From Bdellovibrionales bacterium (lineage in GTDB: Bacteria; Bdellovibrionota; UBA1018), in NCBI GenBank assembly GCA_018266355.1, contig JAFEAP010000029.1, forward strand, positions 711,414 to 775,413: a stretch of 64,000 nucleotides of DNA, read 5' to 3'. Every line of letters begins with the position of its first letter. Within the stretch, counting starts at the first letter, position 1. Below the pieces are notes generated by a model, which saw nothing but the letters and a program-made list of their open reading frames with translations, had not been told where the DNA came from and ran no database searches. Shown here in pieces: positions 1 through 9,729 of this stretch. The translations under genes were made by a program, and so were the position numbers.

Positions 1-813
1 CTCCTGCCCGAGTGGTTCTTGAACGCGGTCGTGGCGTGCTTCGGGCTCGTGATCGGGAGCTTCCTGAACGTGGTTATCGCGCGCCTGCCCGATCGGAAGT
101 CGCTCGTGCGGCCGCCGAGCTCGTGCCCGAAGTGCGGTCACCGGATCCGGTGGTACGAGAATATCCCGGTCGCGAGTTATCTCGCACTCCGCGGAAAGTG
201 TTCGGGGTGTCGGGCGCCGATTTCCGTGCGCTATCCGGTGGTCGAGCTCATCACGGGCCTGCTCTTCCTCGCGGTGAAAATCCGGTTCGGGATGTCGCTC
301 CTGCTCGTTTGGCGGGACTTGCCTTTCGTCGCCATCCTGGTCGCGATCACGTTCATCGATCTCGAGACGCGCCTCATCCCCGATCCGCTCAGCCTCGGCG
401 GACTTCTGCTCGGTTTGCTTTCCGCGGGATTCACGCCCGAACTCGGCCTCGTCCCGGCGCTCGAAGGCGCGGCGCTCGGTTTCTCGCTCTTTTACGGCAT
501 CGCTTGGTTCTACCAGTGGAAGACCGGACGCTCGGGTATGGGCGGGGGCGACATCAAGTTCCTCGCGATGCTCGGCTCTTTCCTCGGTCCGCTCGGCGTC
601 CTCACGACGATTTTCGTGAGCTCAGTCGTCGGTACGGTGCTCGGTCTCGCGTATGCGTGGGTCCAGCAGCGCCGCGAAAAAGAAGCGGGCGGAGGTGGCG
701 AAGGGAGCCTCATGAAAGTATCGTTGCCCTACGGCCCGTTCCTGGTGATCGGCGCCCTTTACGCTTACCTGCTCGGAGATCTGGTGTGGTCCCCATTCAT
801 GAATCTGATGTAG
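1..813 (+). CDS. pilD: Prepilin (type IV leader) peptidase / N-methyltransferase PilD, 5' partial
   Basis: The frame is open from nt 1 (LLPEWFLNAVVACFGLVIGSFLNVVIARLP...). The CxxC...CxxC zinc-binding motif is present (SCPKCGH...CSGCRAP). Multiple TM segments, GGGDIKFLAMLG motif typical of the A24 peptidase family. Confidence 0.85.
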   Translation, partial: LLPEWFLNAVVACFGLVIGSFLNVVIARLPDRKSLVRPPSSCPKCGHRIRWYENIPVASYLALRGKCSGCRAPISVRYPVVELITGLLFLAVKIRFGMSLLLVWRDLPFVAILVAITFIDLETRLIPDPLSLGGLLLGLLSAGFTPELGLVPALEGAALGFSLFYGIAWFYQWKTGRSGMGGGDIKFLAMLGSFLGPLGVLTTIFVSSVVGTVLGLAYAWVQQRREKEAGGGGEGSLMKVSLPYGPFLVIGALYAYLLGDLVWSPFMNLM

Positions 814-1424
814 CCGAGAATCGCTGGAAGGACGACGAATGGCGCCAGTTCGAACTCTGGGAACGGATCGAACTTCGCCTCCGTCGCAAACGCGGATGGA
901 CGATTCTCGCCGTCGCTCTCGTATTCGTCACGATCCTCGCGGTGCCGATCGTCCAGGATCGCCTTCCGAAATGGCGCGCACTTAACGCGATGCGCGTTCT
1001 TGCCGTCCGAGCGAACCAAATGAAGGTCGATGCGGCTGCGCTCGGCGTCCCGCTTCGGTTGAGGATCGAAAATTCGGCGGAAGGGCCCCAATACGTGATC
1101 GAGCGGATCGACCAGTGCGACGCGAATCACGGATTTTCGAACGGCATCGTCGAAGCGAAGTCCGCGCGGGTTTGGGGGGGCGGTCCCGTCTTCGAAAATC
1201 CCGCGCGCGGCCAGGAATTCGTCGTGTTCGAACCGCGAGAGGCGACCCAGCTCGGGCTCGAGCGGGTGACGACGACGGTTTGTTACGATCCGCTCGGAAA
1301 CACCGCTGCGGATCGGGTTCAAGCACTCGGAATTCTTACCGCCAAAGATTTGACGGACAAGCGCCTCGATCGCGTCGCGTTTCTGAATTTCTCCGGTCTT
1401 TTCGCGGAGATCGACTTCGATTGA
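786..1424 (+). CDS. Hypothetical single-pass membrane protein between pilD and pilM
   Basis: Candidate GTG start at 786 is preceded by GGAGA (775-779). There is one predicted TM helix (WTILAVALVFVTILAVPIV). Codon usage looks coding. The ORF overlaps the pilD 3' end by 28 nt, and the start site is uncertain. Confidence 0.4.
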   Translation: MVPIHESDVAENRWKDDEWRQFELWERIELRLRRKRGWTILAVALVFVTILAVPIVQDRLPKWRALNAMRVLAVRANQMKVDAAALGVPLRLRIENSAEGPQYVIERIDQCDANHGFSNGIVEAKSARVWGGGPVFENPARGQEFVVFEPREATQLGLERVTTTVCYDPLGNTAADRVQALGILTAKDLTDKRLDRVAFLNFSGLFAEIDFD

Positions 1425-1477
1425 ATTGACCGGAGCTCCCCGGTCAAGATACTTTTTAGGGAACGACGGGGAGTTCC

Positions 1478-2653
1478 ATGGCGGGAACGATCGGGATCGA
1501 CGCGCTCGGCGTCGCGCCCTTCAATGAACAACTGCTTTCCCAGGTTTCTCAGTCCGCGGTCGCGGGCGGTATGGTGGTCTCCGGACTCGCCGATATCCTC
1601 TCGTCCATCGGTTCCTTCGGTACGAAACCGACGGTCGGCGTCTGCATCGGCGCGGCGAACGCGAAGGTCGCCGAGGTACGGAAAGTCGGCAAGACTTGGA
1701 AGCTCGTGCGTTTCGGAATCTCGGCGTTGCCCGAAGATTCGGTCGTGAATCGCGAAATATTCAACCCCGTCGGGGTCACCGGAGCGATCCAAGCCGCCGT
1801 CAGCCAAGCGAAAATCTCGCAGAAACTCGTCGTCACCGGGATGGGGGGTTCGTCGATCATCCTGAAACGCATGACCGTCGAGGTCCAGCGCGCGAGCGAG
1901 CTTCAGGACGCCGTGTTTTGGGAGGCGGAGCAATACCTTCCGTTCGACCCGAGCGAAGTCTCGATGGATTTCCACACGATTTCCCGCGGAAAAGACGCGA
2001 AGACCGACGTCCTTTTCGTCGCCGCGAAACTTTCCGTGATGGACGGATTCGTGAGCGCGGTCGAAGGCGCGGGACTCAAAGTGAAGGTCTTCGACACCGA
2101 GTACTTCGCGCTTCAGAACATCTTCGAAGCGAACTACGACGCTCGACCGGGCGAAGCGGTCGCGCTCGTCGACATCGGCGCGTCGACGCTGAAAGTCCTC
2201 GTCCTTCACGACGGCGTCCCCGTATTCACGAAAGAATCGCCGATGGGCGGAAAAAACCTCACCGCCGAGATCCAACGCCAGATGAATCTCAGCATGAGCG
2301 ACGCCGAGGCGCTCAAGGTCGGCCAGGGTCGCGGAGCCGTCCCCCAGGAAATCGCCGAACTCACCCAAGTCGCGGTCGAGAACTTCGCGACCGAAATCCG
2401 CCGGGCGCTCGACTTCTACAACGCCTCCTCGAGCGGCGCACCCGTCTCGTACGTGCTCGTGACCGGCGGTTCGTCCCAAATCCCCGAACTCTCGAAAGGC
2501 ATCGAGGAGCGCGTCGGTCTTCCCGTCCAAATCTTGAACCCGTTCGCGCGCATCGGTTACGACGAGAAGGTTTTCACGCCCGAATTGATCGCGAGCATCG
2601 CGCCGGTCGTGGCGGTGCCGATGGGCTACGCGCTTCGCGGAGGCCAAGGATGA
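1478..2653 (+). CDS. pilM: Type IV pilus assembly protein PilM (actin-like ATPase fold)
   Basis: GGGGAG RBS 5 nt upstream of the ATG; PilM-like actin/FtsA-fold sequence (GIDIG...DIGASTLKVLV...VLVTGGSSQIPEL). Confidence 0.9.
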   Translation: MAGTIGIDALGVAPFNEQLLSQVSQSAVAGGMVVSGLADILSSIGSFGTKPTVGVCIGAANAKVAEVRKVGKTWKLVRFGISALPEDSVVNREIFNPVGVTGAIQAAVSQAKISQKLVVTGMGGSSIILKRMTVEVQRASELQDAVFWEAEQYLPFDPSEVSMDFHTISRGKDAKTDVLFVAAKLSVMDGFVSAVEGAGLKVKVFDTEYFALQNIFEANYDARPGEAVALVDIGASTLKVLVLHDGVPVFTKESPMGGKNLTAEIQRQMNLSMSDAEALKVGQGRGAVPQEIAELTQVAVENFATEIRRALDFYNASSSGAPVSYVLVTGGSSQIPELSKGIEERVGLPVQILNPFARIGYDEKVFTPELIASIAPVVAVPMGYALRGGQG

Positions 2654-3309
2654 TCAAGATTAACCTCCATCATCGCAAAGCCGCGGTCGGCGTTTCCGCC
2701 GGCTCCGCCACCGGCGCGAGCGGCGTGGGGGGGATCAAGGGCTTCATCGAGAAGATGCGCGGCGCCGGCGCCGGCGTCGACGGCATTTCGGACGGCGAAA
2801 AACGGTCGCTCATCATCCTCGTCGTCGTTTATGCCGCCATTCTCGGAGGAGGATGGTGGTACCTCGGCGAGAAGAAGACCGAGCTCCTCGGCGATCTCGA
2901 CACCGAAGTCGCCGCGCTCGACAGCAAGATCCAACTGCTCACGTCCGAACTGAACAAGACCAGCGGTTACGAGAAAATCAAGAAGAGCCTCGAGTCGGAC
3001 GAGAAGACGATTCGTACGAAGATCTCGACGATCCAGGAGCTCATTCGAGATCGCTCCACGCCGCCGAAGATTCTGATGACGCTTTCGGAATCCATTCCGA
3101 AGGAAGTTTGGCTCCGCGAGTTCAGCCTCCAGAGCCGCCATTTCCGGATCCTCGGAAGTTGCACCGGAATGGACGTGGTTTCGGACTTCATGAAAGCGCT
3201 CGAAGAGACGATTTACTTCAAGGGAGTGGTCCTTCGGTCGAGCCGACAGGACACCGCCAAGGGCGGCCACGTGACCGCTTCCTTCGAACTCGAGGCGGAC
3301 CGGCGATGA
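2650..3309 (+). CDS. pilN: Type IV pilus assembly protein PilN
   Basis: ATGA overlap with the pilM stop. N-terminal TM helix followed by a coiled coil. Its position in the pilMNOPQ order supports the call. Confidence 0.85.
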   Translation: MIKINLHHRKAAVGVSAGSATGASGVGGIKGFIEKMRGAGAGVDGISDGEKRSLIILVVVYAAILGGGWWYLGEKKTELLGDLDTEVAALDSKIQLLTSELNKTSGYEKIKKSLESDEKTIRTKISTIQELIRDRSTPPKILMTLSESIPKEVWLREFSLQSRHFRILGSCTGMDVVSDFMKALEETIYFKGVVLRSSRQDTAKGGHVTASFELEADRR

Positions 3310-3947
3310 AGGGGATGCTGAACCTCATTTTCTTCGCGATCGCGATCTACCTCGGGTGGGATTACTACTCCTTCACCACCGATCCGACTTCGGATTACGG
3401 GATGAAGAAAGCGAGTCTGGACGAGAAGAAAACCGACATCACGACGAAGGAAAAGAAGATCGCCGAGGCGAAGACTTTCTATCAAAACCTCGAGAAGAAG
3501 CGGGAAGAGCTGCGTCGTCTTTCGACCGAGCTCACCGACATGAAATCGAAGCTTACCGAAAACAACGATATTCCGGCCTTCATGAAGCTCGTCTTGAACG
3601 AAGCGAAACGCGTCGGATTGATGGTCACGAGTTTGAGTCCGCTGCCTTCGCAGAAGATGCAGTATTACATCGAACAGCCGTTCGACCTGAACTTCCAAGG
3701 CGTCTACGTCCAGCTCATCGCCTTCCTCGACCGTCTGGCCCAGGCCGAACGGATCGTCCGAATCGACGATTTCACCGTCCGTCCGCGTTCGACCGCGGCG
3801 AAAAACAGCAAGTTCGTGGATCTCGAGGGAACGATCAAGGTCCGGACTTACGTCTATCTCGGAACCCAGGAAGACGACGTCGCCACGAGCGGCGGCTCGG
3901 ACGCGATCAAGAATCCGACGGTTAAACCACCGGAAGGAGGCACGTGA
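3306..3947 (+). CDS. pilO: Type IV pilus assembly protein PilO
   Basis: ATGA overlap with pilN; N-terminal TM (LIFFAIAIYLGW) and coiled coil; position in the cluster. Confidence 0.85.
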   Translation: MKGMLNLIFFAIAIYLGWDYYSFTTDPTSDYGMKKASLDEKKTDITTKEKKIAEAKTFYQNLEKKREELRRLSTELTDMKSKLTENNDIPAFMKLVLNEAKRVGLMVTSLSPLPSQKMQYYIEQPFDLNFQGVYVQLIAFLDRLAQAERIVRIDDFTVRPRSTAAKNSKFVDLEGTIKVRTYVYLGTQEDDVATSGGSDAIKNPTVKPPEGGT

Positions 3948-4483
3948 TGCGGTTCGCGTCGGCTCTCCTCTCCGCTCTCGTCGTTTCCGCGGCCTGGGCA
4001 ACCGATCCGCCGGCACCCGCGCCGATGCCCGCGGCCATGCCTCAGGCCGGAATGCCTCCGAACGGGATGACCTCCCCCGGTGCGGGCGGCGCTTCGACGA
4101 CTCCGTCGGCGGCGTCGCTTTCCGCAGCGCCGGCTCCGAGTTCACCCGTCGACTACAAGAAATTCCGCGATCCGTTCAAGGAACCCTCCGTCGTGGAGCA
4201 AGCCGTGACGAAGTCGGAGCTAGAACGGTATCCGATCACCGACTTCAAGGTCGTGGCCATCATCACCGGGCCGATCCGGATGCGGGCGATGCTCACCGCG
4301 CCGGATGGAAAGACGCATTACGTCTCCGAGCACATGAAGATCGGCACGCGGGACGGCGAGATCGTGAAGATCACGACGAAATCGATCGTCGTGCGCGAAA
4401 AAGTCGTCAATCCGCTCGGCGAAGTCGAGCAGTTCGATTCCGAGATCGGCATGGATCAGCCGGCCTCCGGTTCCACTCAGTAA
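3944..4483 (+). CDS. pilP: Type IV pilus assembly protein PilP (Ala/Pro-rich N-terminus, secretin-binding C-domain)
   Basis: ATGA overlap with pilO. Signal peptide followed by a Pro/Ala-rich linker. A C-terminal beta domain precedes pilQ. Confidence 0.75.
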   Translation: MMRFASALLSALVVSAAWATDPPAPAPMPAAMPQAGMPPNGMTSPGAGGASTTPSAASLSAAPAPSSPVDYKKFRDPFKEPSVVEQAVTKSELERYPITDFKVVAIITGPIRMRAMLTAPDGKTHYVSEHMKIGTRDGEIVKITTKSIVVREKVVNPLGEVEQFDSEIGMDQPASGSTQ

Positions 4484-4493
4484 GGGGATTTGC

Positions 4494-6422
4494 ATGAAGC
4501 AACTCAAAACCGTTTCGATACTCTCTGGCCTCGCCCTCTTCGCGACCGCGAACGCATTCGCGCTCACGAAGATCACGCGGATCGAGTTTTTCGGGAAATC
4601 CTCGCCGAATCAGATGGTCGTCGTCGGCGACGGACCGATCGAGTTCGAAAAGATCGACAATCCGGCCGATAAGCAGGTGATCTTCGAAATCAAGAACGCG
4701 CAGCTCGCGAATTCGAACGCGGGCCGCAGACTCGATACCGCGAGCTTCAACTCGAAGGTCGCATTGATCAGTCCCTACAACGTCGAAAGCAAGCACGCCG
4801 TCCGGATCATCGTGCAGCTCCGCGAGAACACCGATCTTTCCACGGTCGCCGAAGGATCGCGGCTCTTCGTCGGCATCGACGGCGCGGCCGATCCGAACAT
4901 CCTGCCCGCGACCGGTCACGGTGCGAAGTCCGTCGCGAAGGGCGGCTCGTCCGCGAAGGGCGCTGCGGCGGGTTCCTCGGGAGCGGGTACCGGATCCTCC
5001 TCCGGAGGCGGTTCCGACATCACGCCGGTTTCGCGCAGCGCGGAGGTCGCGCCCGCGGGCACGCCCGAAGGTCGGATCGACCAGTTCCTCGACGCCTCCT
5101 CGACGAAACGTTACGTCGGACGGCACATCACCCTCCAGGTGAAAGACGCGGACATCGTCGACGTTTTCAAACTCATCGGCGAAACCTCGGGCTTCAACAT
5201 GGTTATCGGCAGCGACGTGAACGGGAAGTTGAACCTCTCGCTCGTCGACGTTCCGTGGGACCTCGCGCTCGACACGATCTTGAGCACGAACAAGCTCGGC
5301 GCCGAGCGAACGGGGAACGTCCTCCGCGTCGCTCAGCTCTCGACGCTGACCCAGGAGAAGCAAGCCCAGCAGGCGGCGAAGCTCGCCGCCGAAAACTCCG
5401 CGCCGCGGATCACGCGGATCTTCCCGCTTAGTTACGCCACGGGCGCGAGTTTGATGCCGATCCTGAGCCGTTTCGGCGCGGGCAACGCCGGCACGGGAGC
5501 GGGGGCGGCCCGAGACACGATCATCGTCGACGATCGAACGAATTCCCTGATCGTCCAGGATACGTCGGATAACCTCGAACGCATGGCGAAGATCATCAAG
5601 CTGCTCGACCGCCAAACTCCCCAGGTCCAGATCGAAGCGAAGATCGTCGACGCTTCCGAGGAGTTCTCGAAGTCCATGTCGGGAGCGTTCGCGCTCGGCG
5701 CCGACCCGTCTTGGGGCGGTCTCGGCGGGTCTTTCTTACAGGGAATTTCGGATCCGATTCTTCCGGGGGGAGCCGCCTCCGCCGCGGCGTCGAACGCCCT
5801 CGGCATGAAGCTGAAAATCGGGGCGCTCGCGAGCATGCGCCTCGGGGCGATCCTGAACCTCGCGGAAAGCGAATCGCGGAGCCGGATCATCTCCGCTCCC
5901 CGCACGGTCGTCCTCAACAAGCAGGCGGCGACGATCGTCCAGGGCCAACCGGTGCTTGTGCCGGTAACCGTCCAGACCCAGAACGGCTCGGCCTCCAGTA
6001 CCGAAGTCCGCAGCGCGAACCTCTCGCTGAACGTGACCCCGACGGTGACGAACGACGGAAACATCGTCATGCAGCTTTCGATCGCGAACGACACCCCGAA
6101 AGACCTCGGGAACAACCAAACGGGCGTCGCGAACCGGAACATGACCACCCAGGTGGTCGCCGAGAGCGGTTCGACGATCGCGATCGGGGGCATCTACACC
6201 TCGAACGACACGTCTTCCGAGACGGGGATTCCGGGCCTCCGGAAACTCCCGATCATCGGCGCGCTTTTCGGGAACGAATCGAAGAAGGTCACCCGCTCGG
6301 AACTCTTCATCTTCATCACTCCGCGCGTATTGAACGAAGAGGTGATGTCGACCGACCTGGATACGAAACAGTCCTCGGCGATGCGGGCGAGTTCGCTCGC
6401 GAATCCCCAAACGAGGTACTGA
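4494..6422 (+). CDS. pilQ: Type IV pilus secretin PilQ
   Basis: Signal peptide, AMIN-like N-terminal repeats and N0/N1 domains. The secretin C-terminal signature is present (GIPGLRKLPIIGALFG...LFIFITPRVL). Confidence 0.92.
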   Translation: MKQLKTVSILSGLALFATANAFALTKITRIEFFGKSSPNQMVVVGDGPIEFEKIDNPADKQVIFEIKNAQLANSNAGRRLDTASFNSKVALISPYNVESKHAVRIIVQLRENTDLSTVAEGSRLFVGIDGAADPNILPATGHGAKSVAKGGSSAKGAAAGSSGAGTGSSSGGGSDITPVSRSAEVAPAGTPEGRIDQFLDASSTKRYVGRHITLQVKDADIVDVFKLIGETSGFNMVIGSDVNGKLNLSLVDVPWDLALDTILSTNKLGAERTGNVLRVAQLSTLTQEKQAQQAAKLAAENSAPRITRIFPLSYATGASLMPILSRFGAGNAGTGAGAARDTIIVDDRTNSLIVQDTSDNLERMAKIIKLLDRQTPQVQIEAKIVDASEEFSKSMSGAFALGADPSWGGLGGSFLQGISDPILPGGAASAAASNALGMKLKIGALASMRLGAILNLAESESRSRIISAPRTVVLNKQAATIVQGQPVLVPVTVQTQNGSASSTEVRSANLSLNVTPTVTNDGNIVMQLSIANDTPKDLGNNQTGVANRNMTTQVVAESGSTIAIGGIYTSNDTSSETGIPGLRKLPIIGALFGNESKKVTRSELFIFITPRVLNEEVMSTDLDTKQSSAMRASSLANPQTRY

Positions 6423-7018
6423 TGGAGAACAAGAGTTTCTCGCCGCTCATCTACGACTACCTGAAGAAGTACCAGGAAGATCCGACGTCGCGGATCTTCG
6501 CGCCGCTCGCGGAGGCGTATCGCAAGGCGGGGCTCCTCGACGAAGCGATAGAGATCGCGCGCGAAGGGCTGCGCGTGCACCCGAACTTCGTCGGCGGTCG
6601 CGTCGCGCTCGCCCGCGCGCTTTTCGAGAAACGCCAATACGACGAGGTCGTCGAGGGCCTCGCGGTGGTGGTTCGCGAGGTTCCCGACAACCTCGTCGCG
6701 CAGAAGCTCCTCGCGGAGAGCTGCTTGATGCTCGGTCGGATCGCGGAAGCCCTCTCCGCGTTCAAGATGCTCCTCTATTTCAATCCCTCCGACACCGAAA
6801 CCGCGCGCGTGGTGGCCGAACTCGAGGCCCAAGCTTACGAAGACGGCGTGCTCGTGCTTCGGAAGGATCCGGCGCCCCAAAAGATGCAGATCAAACCGGC
6901 GCGCGACGCGATCTCCAGGGACGATCGAGTGCTCCGCGCGCAGGCGATTGCGAAGATCGAACTTCTCCAGACGGCGCTCGTGCGGATCGAGCGCTATCGG
7001 CACCAAAATCATTCATAA
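6422..7018 (+). CDS. TPR-repeat protein, translationally coupled to pilQ (no signal peptide)
   Basis: TGATG stop/start overlap with pilQ; TPR-like helical repeats (AEAYRKAGLLDEAIEIAREGLRVHPNF...); no N-terminal signal or lipobox. Confidence 0.7.
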   Translation: MENKSFSPLIYDYLKKYQEDPTSRIFAPLAEAYRKAGLLDEAIEIAREGLRVHPNFVGGRVALARALFEKRQYDEVVEGLAVVVREVPDNLVAQKLLAESCLMLGRIAEALSAFKMLLYFNPSDTETARVVAELEAQAYEDGVLVLRKDPAPQKMQIKPARDAISRDDRVLRAQAIAKIELLQTALVRIERYRHQNHS

Positions 7019-7086
7019 GGGCTTGAAATTCCTTCGATAAATACCGTTGCCGCTTCGTCGGCGGGCGTGATAGCCCTATTGGCCAT

Positions 7087-7656
7087 ATGGCACAATACGC
7101 AACGAACCAGTTCCGCAAGGGACTCAAGATCGAAATTGAAAAAGTCCCTTACGAAATCGTCGATTTCCAGCACGTGAGTCCGGGCAAGGGCCGCGCCTTC
7201 ACCCGCACGAAGGTGAAAAACATGCTGAACGGCAACGTCACCGAGAAGACGATCACTTCCGGCGACAAAGTGGATGCGGCCGACACCGAACAAGTCGAGA
7301 TGCAGTTCCTTTACAAGGACTCCGCCGGCTACAATTTCATGAACCAAACTTCGTTCGACCAGAGCGTGATCCAAGAAGAGATCCTCGGCGACGCGATCGG
7401 GTTCCTCCAGGAGAACCTCGTTCTCCAAGTCCAGTACTACAATGGTCGTCCGATCGGCGTGGAACTCCCGACCTTCGTTACGCTGAAGATCGTCGAAACC
7501 GACCCGGCGTTCAAAGGCGACACCGTCACCGGCGGCACGAAGCCCGCGAAACTCGAGACCGGTGCCACGGTCCAGGTTCCTTTCCACCTGAAGGAAGGCG
7601 ATACCGTGAAGGTCGATACGCGAGACCATACCTACGTCGAAAAAGTGAATAAATAG
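7087..7656 (+). CDS. efp: Elongation factor P
   Basis: Full-length EF-P, including the KPGKG loop region (VSPGKGRAFTRTKVKN). Confidence 0.95.
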   Translation: MAQYATNQFRKGLKIEIEKVPYEIVDFQHVSPGKGRAFTRTKVKNMLNGNVTEKTITSGDKVDAADTEQVEMQFLYKDSAGYNFMNQTSFDQSVIQEEILGDAIGFLQENLVLQVQYYNGRPIGVELPTFVTLKIVETDPAFKGDTVTGGTKPAKLETGATVQVPFHLKEGDTVKVDTRDHTYVEKVNK

Positions 7657-7670
7657 TCGCGAGAGCGACT
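7655..7670 (+). terminator. Weak hairpin after efp (AGTCGC-GAGA-GCGACT), no strong U-tract
   Basis: Perfect 6-bp inverted repeat overlapping the efp stop codon, followed by ATTGTG rather than a T-run. Confidence 0.25.
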
Positions 7671-7710
7671 ATTGTGCCGAAAGGCAATTACTCTCTCCCG
7701 AGCGAAGCCC

Positions 7711-8259
7711 GTGAAAAAATCCAATAAACCCGCTGCTCCGAAGTCCGAGAAACCCGCACCTAAATCCCCGGAAGTGAAGCGTCTCGAAGACGTCTTCCGT
7801 TTGATGGGCGCATACGGCGTCGGGGAGATCGAACTCGAGGACAAGCACGGCCGCGTGCACGTCCGAATGGCGGGTCACTCCGGATCCGCTTCGGTCGTCG
7901 CTCCGGTCTACTCGTCTCCGGCCCCGGTCGCGCACGTCGCTCCGGCTTCCGCCGCGGTTTCGGCTCCGGCCTCCGCTCCGGCGAAGGACGCGGGCGGCGG
8001 AAAGGCTTCCCTTCCGTCGAATCAGAAGCAGATTCCTTCTCCGTTCGTCGGTACCTTCTATCGGGCGTCGGGTCCGAACGCGGAACCCTACGCGAAGGAA
8101 GGCCAACGCGTGAAGAAGGGCCAAACCCTTTGCATCGTCGAAGCGATGAAGCTCATGAACGAGATCGAATCGGAGTTCGACGGGAAGATCGTCTCGATCC
8201 TCGTCGAGAACGGCCAGCCGGTCGAATTCGGCGAACCGCTCTTCGTGATCGAGATCTAA
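7711..8259 (+). CDS. accB: Acetyl-CoA carboxylase biotin carboxyl carrier protein
   Basis: C-terminal biotinyl domain with EAMKLMNEIE and a Pro/Ala-rich linker. The start is ambiguous: GTG 7711 or TTG 7672 (the track start). Confidence 0.85.
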   Translation: MKKSNKPAAPKSEKPAPKSPEVKRLEDVFRLMGAYGVGEIELEDKHGRVHVRMAGHSGSASVVAPVYSSPAPVAHVAPASAAVSAPASAPAKDAGGGKASLPSNQKQIPSPFVGTFYRASGPNAEPYAKEGQRVKKGQTLCIVEAMKLMNEIESEFDGKIVSILVENGQPVEFGEPLFVIEI

Positions 8260-8269
8260 CGGTCCGATC

Positions 8270-9631
8270 ATGAAGAAGAACCTCTCGATCAAAAAAGTCC
8301 TGATCGCCAATCGGGGAGAGATCGCGCTGCGGGTGATCCGCGCGTGTAAGCAGCTCGGCATCTCGACGGTCGCCGTTTATTCGACGGCCGACGAGAAATC
8401 GCTGCATGTGAAGCTCGCCGACGAGGCGGTCTGCATCGGACCGCCGCAGTCGAAGCTGAGTTACCTCAATATCCAGTCGATCCTCTCCGCCGCCGACATC
8501 ACCGGTGCCGACGCGATTCACCCGGGCTACGGCTTTCTCTCGGAAAACGCGGAGTTCGCGCGGCTTTGCCGGGAGTGCAACATCACCTTCATCGGTCCGA
8601 CGCCCGAGAACATCGTCGCGATGGGTGAGAAGACGCGCGCGCGGAAGATCGCGAAGGAAGCCGGCGTGCCGCTTCTCGCGGGCACGCTCGATCCGGTTTC
8701 CGGGGTCGAAGGCGCCGTCGAGGCCGCAGAGAAGATCGGCTACCCGGTCATCCTGAAGGCCGCCGCGGGCGGCGGGGGACGCGGGATCCACATCGTGCGG
8801 AACTCGAAGCAGATTCGCGAGAACTTCGGTCGCATGACCGCCGAAGCCGGGGCCGCGTTCGGAAATCCGGCGATGTACGTCGAGAAGTTTTGCGAGAATC
8901 CTCGCCACGTCGAGATCCAGGTCCTTTGCGACAAGTACGGCCAGCGTCTTTTCCTCGGCGAGCGCGACTGCACGATCCAGCGCCGCCACCAGAAGCTCAT
9001 CGAAGAAGCGCCGTCTCCGGTCGTCACTCCGGAGCTACGGAACCGCATGGGTCGGGCCGCGATCGCGCTTTGCGAGGCGGTGAAATACGAGAGCGTCGGC
9101 ACGGTCGAGTTCCTCGTCGACCGGAACCGGAATTTCTTCTTCATGGAAATGAACACGCGGATTCAGGTCGAACATCCGGTCACCGAGATGGTGACGGGCG
9201 TCGATCTCATCCAGCAGCAGATCATGGTCGCCGCCGGCATGAAACTGACGCTCAAGCAGTCGGATATCCAGATCGCGTCGCACGCGATCGAGTGTCGGAT
9301 TAATGCCGAAGACCCGGTTACTTTCGCACCTTCGCCGGGACTTATCACTGCGCTCCACGTTCCGGGCGGTTACGGCGTCCGGAACGATTCGTTCGTTTAC
9401 GATCAATATCGCGTAGTTCCGTTCTACGACTCGATGATCGGAAAGCTGATCGTGCACGCCGAAGACCGCGAAGCCGCGATCTTGAAGATGCGCCAGGCGC
9501 TTGACGAGTACATCGTCGAAGGCATCAAGACGAACATCCCGCTGCACAAGAAAGTGCTCGCCGCCAAGGCGTTCTCGGCGGCCGAATACGACACCCATTT
9601 TTTGGAAGAGTTCCTCTCTAAATCCGAGTAA
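8270..9631 (+). CDS. accC: Acetyl-CoA carboxylase biotin carboxylase subunit
   Basis: KVLIANRGEIALRVIRAC, ATP-grasp motifs, 453 aa. Confidence 0.95.
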   Translation: MKKNLSIKKVLIANRGEIALRVIRACKQLGISTVAVYSTADEKSLHVKLADEAVCIGPPQSKLSYLNIQSILSAADITGADAIHPGYGFLSENAEFARLCRECNITFIGPTPENIVAMGEKTRARKIAKEAGVPLLAGTLDPVSGVEGAVEAAEKIGYPVILKAAAGGGGRGIHIVRNSKQIRENFGRMTAEAGAAFGNPAMYVEKFCENPRHVEIQVLCDKYGQRLFLGERDCTIQRRHQKLIEEAPSPVVTPELRNRMGRAAIALCEAVKYESVGTVEFLVDRNRNFFFMEMNTRIQVEHPVTEMVTGVDLIQQQIMVAAGMKLTLKQSDIQIASHAIECRINAEDPVTFAPSPGLITALHVPGGYGVRNDSFVYDQYRVVPFYDSMIGKLIVHAEDREAAILKMRQALDEYIVEGIKTNIPLHKKVLAAKAFSAAEYDTHFLEEFLSKSE

Positions 9632-9729
9632 AATCGGATAGATGAGTCGAGTGACGGCGCACGCGTTTTCGCGCGTTCCGGGACGTCTTTCGTCGTGGAA
9701 AATGGGTTCGCTCTAGGAAGGAGCATCCG

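Noticed and set aside
6422-7018. TPR protein after pilQ as a Tgl-type secretin pilotin
   Set aside because: No signal peptide or lipobox; Tgl is an outer-membrane lipoprotein.
9632-9729. Short GC-rich hairpin (ACGCG-TTTT-CGCGT region) after accC as an intrinsic terminator
   Set aside because: The stem is short and no clear U-tract follows. It is indistinguishable from chance in this GC-rich background.
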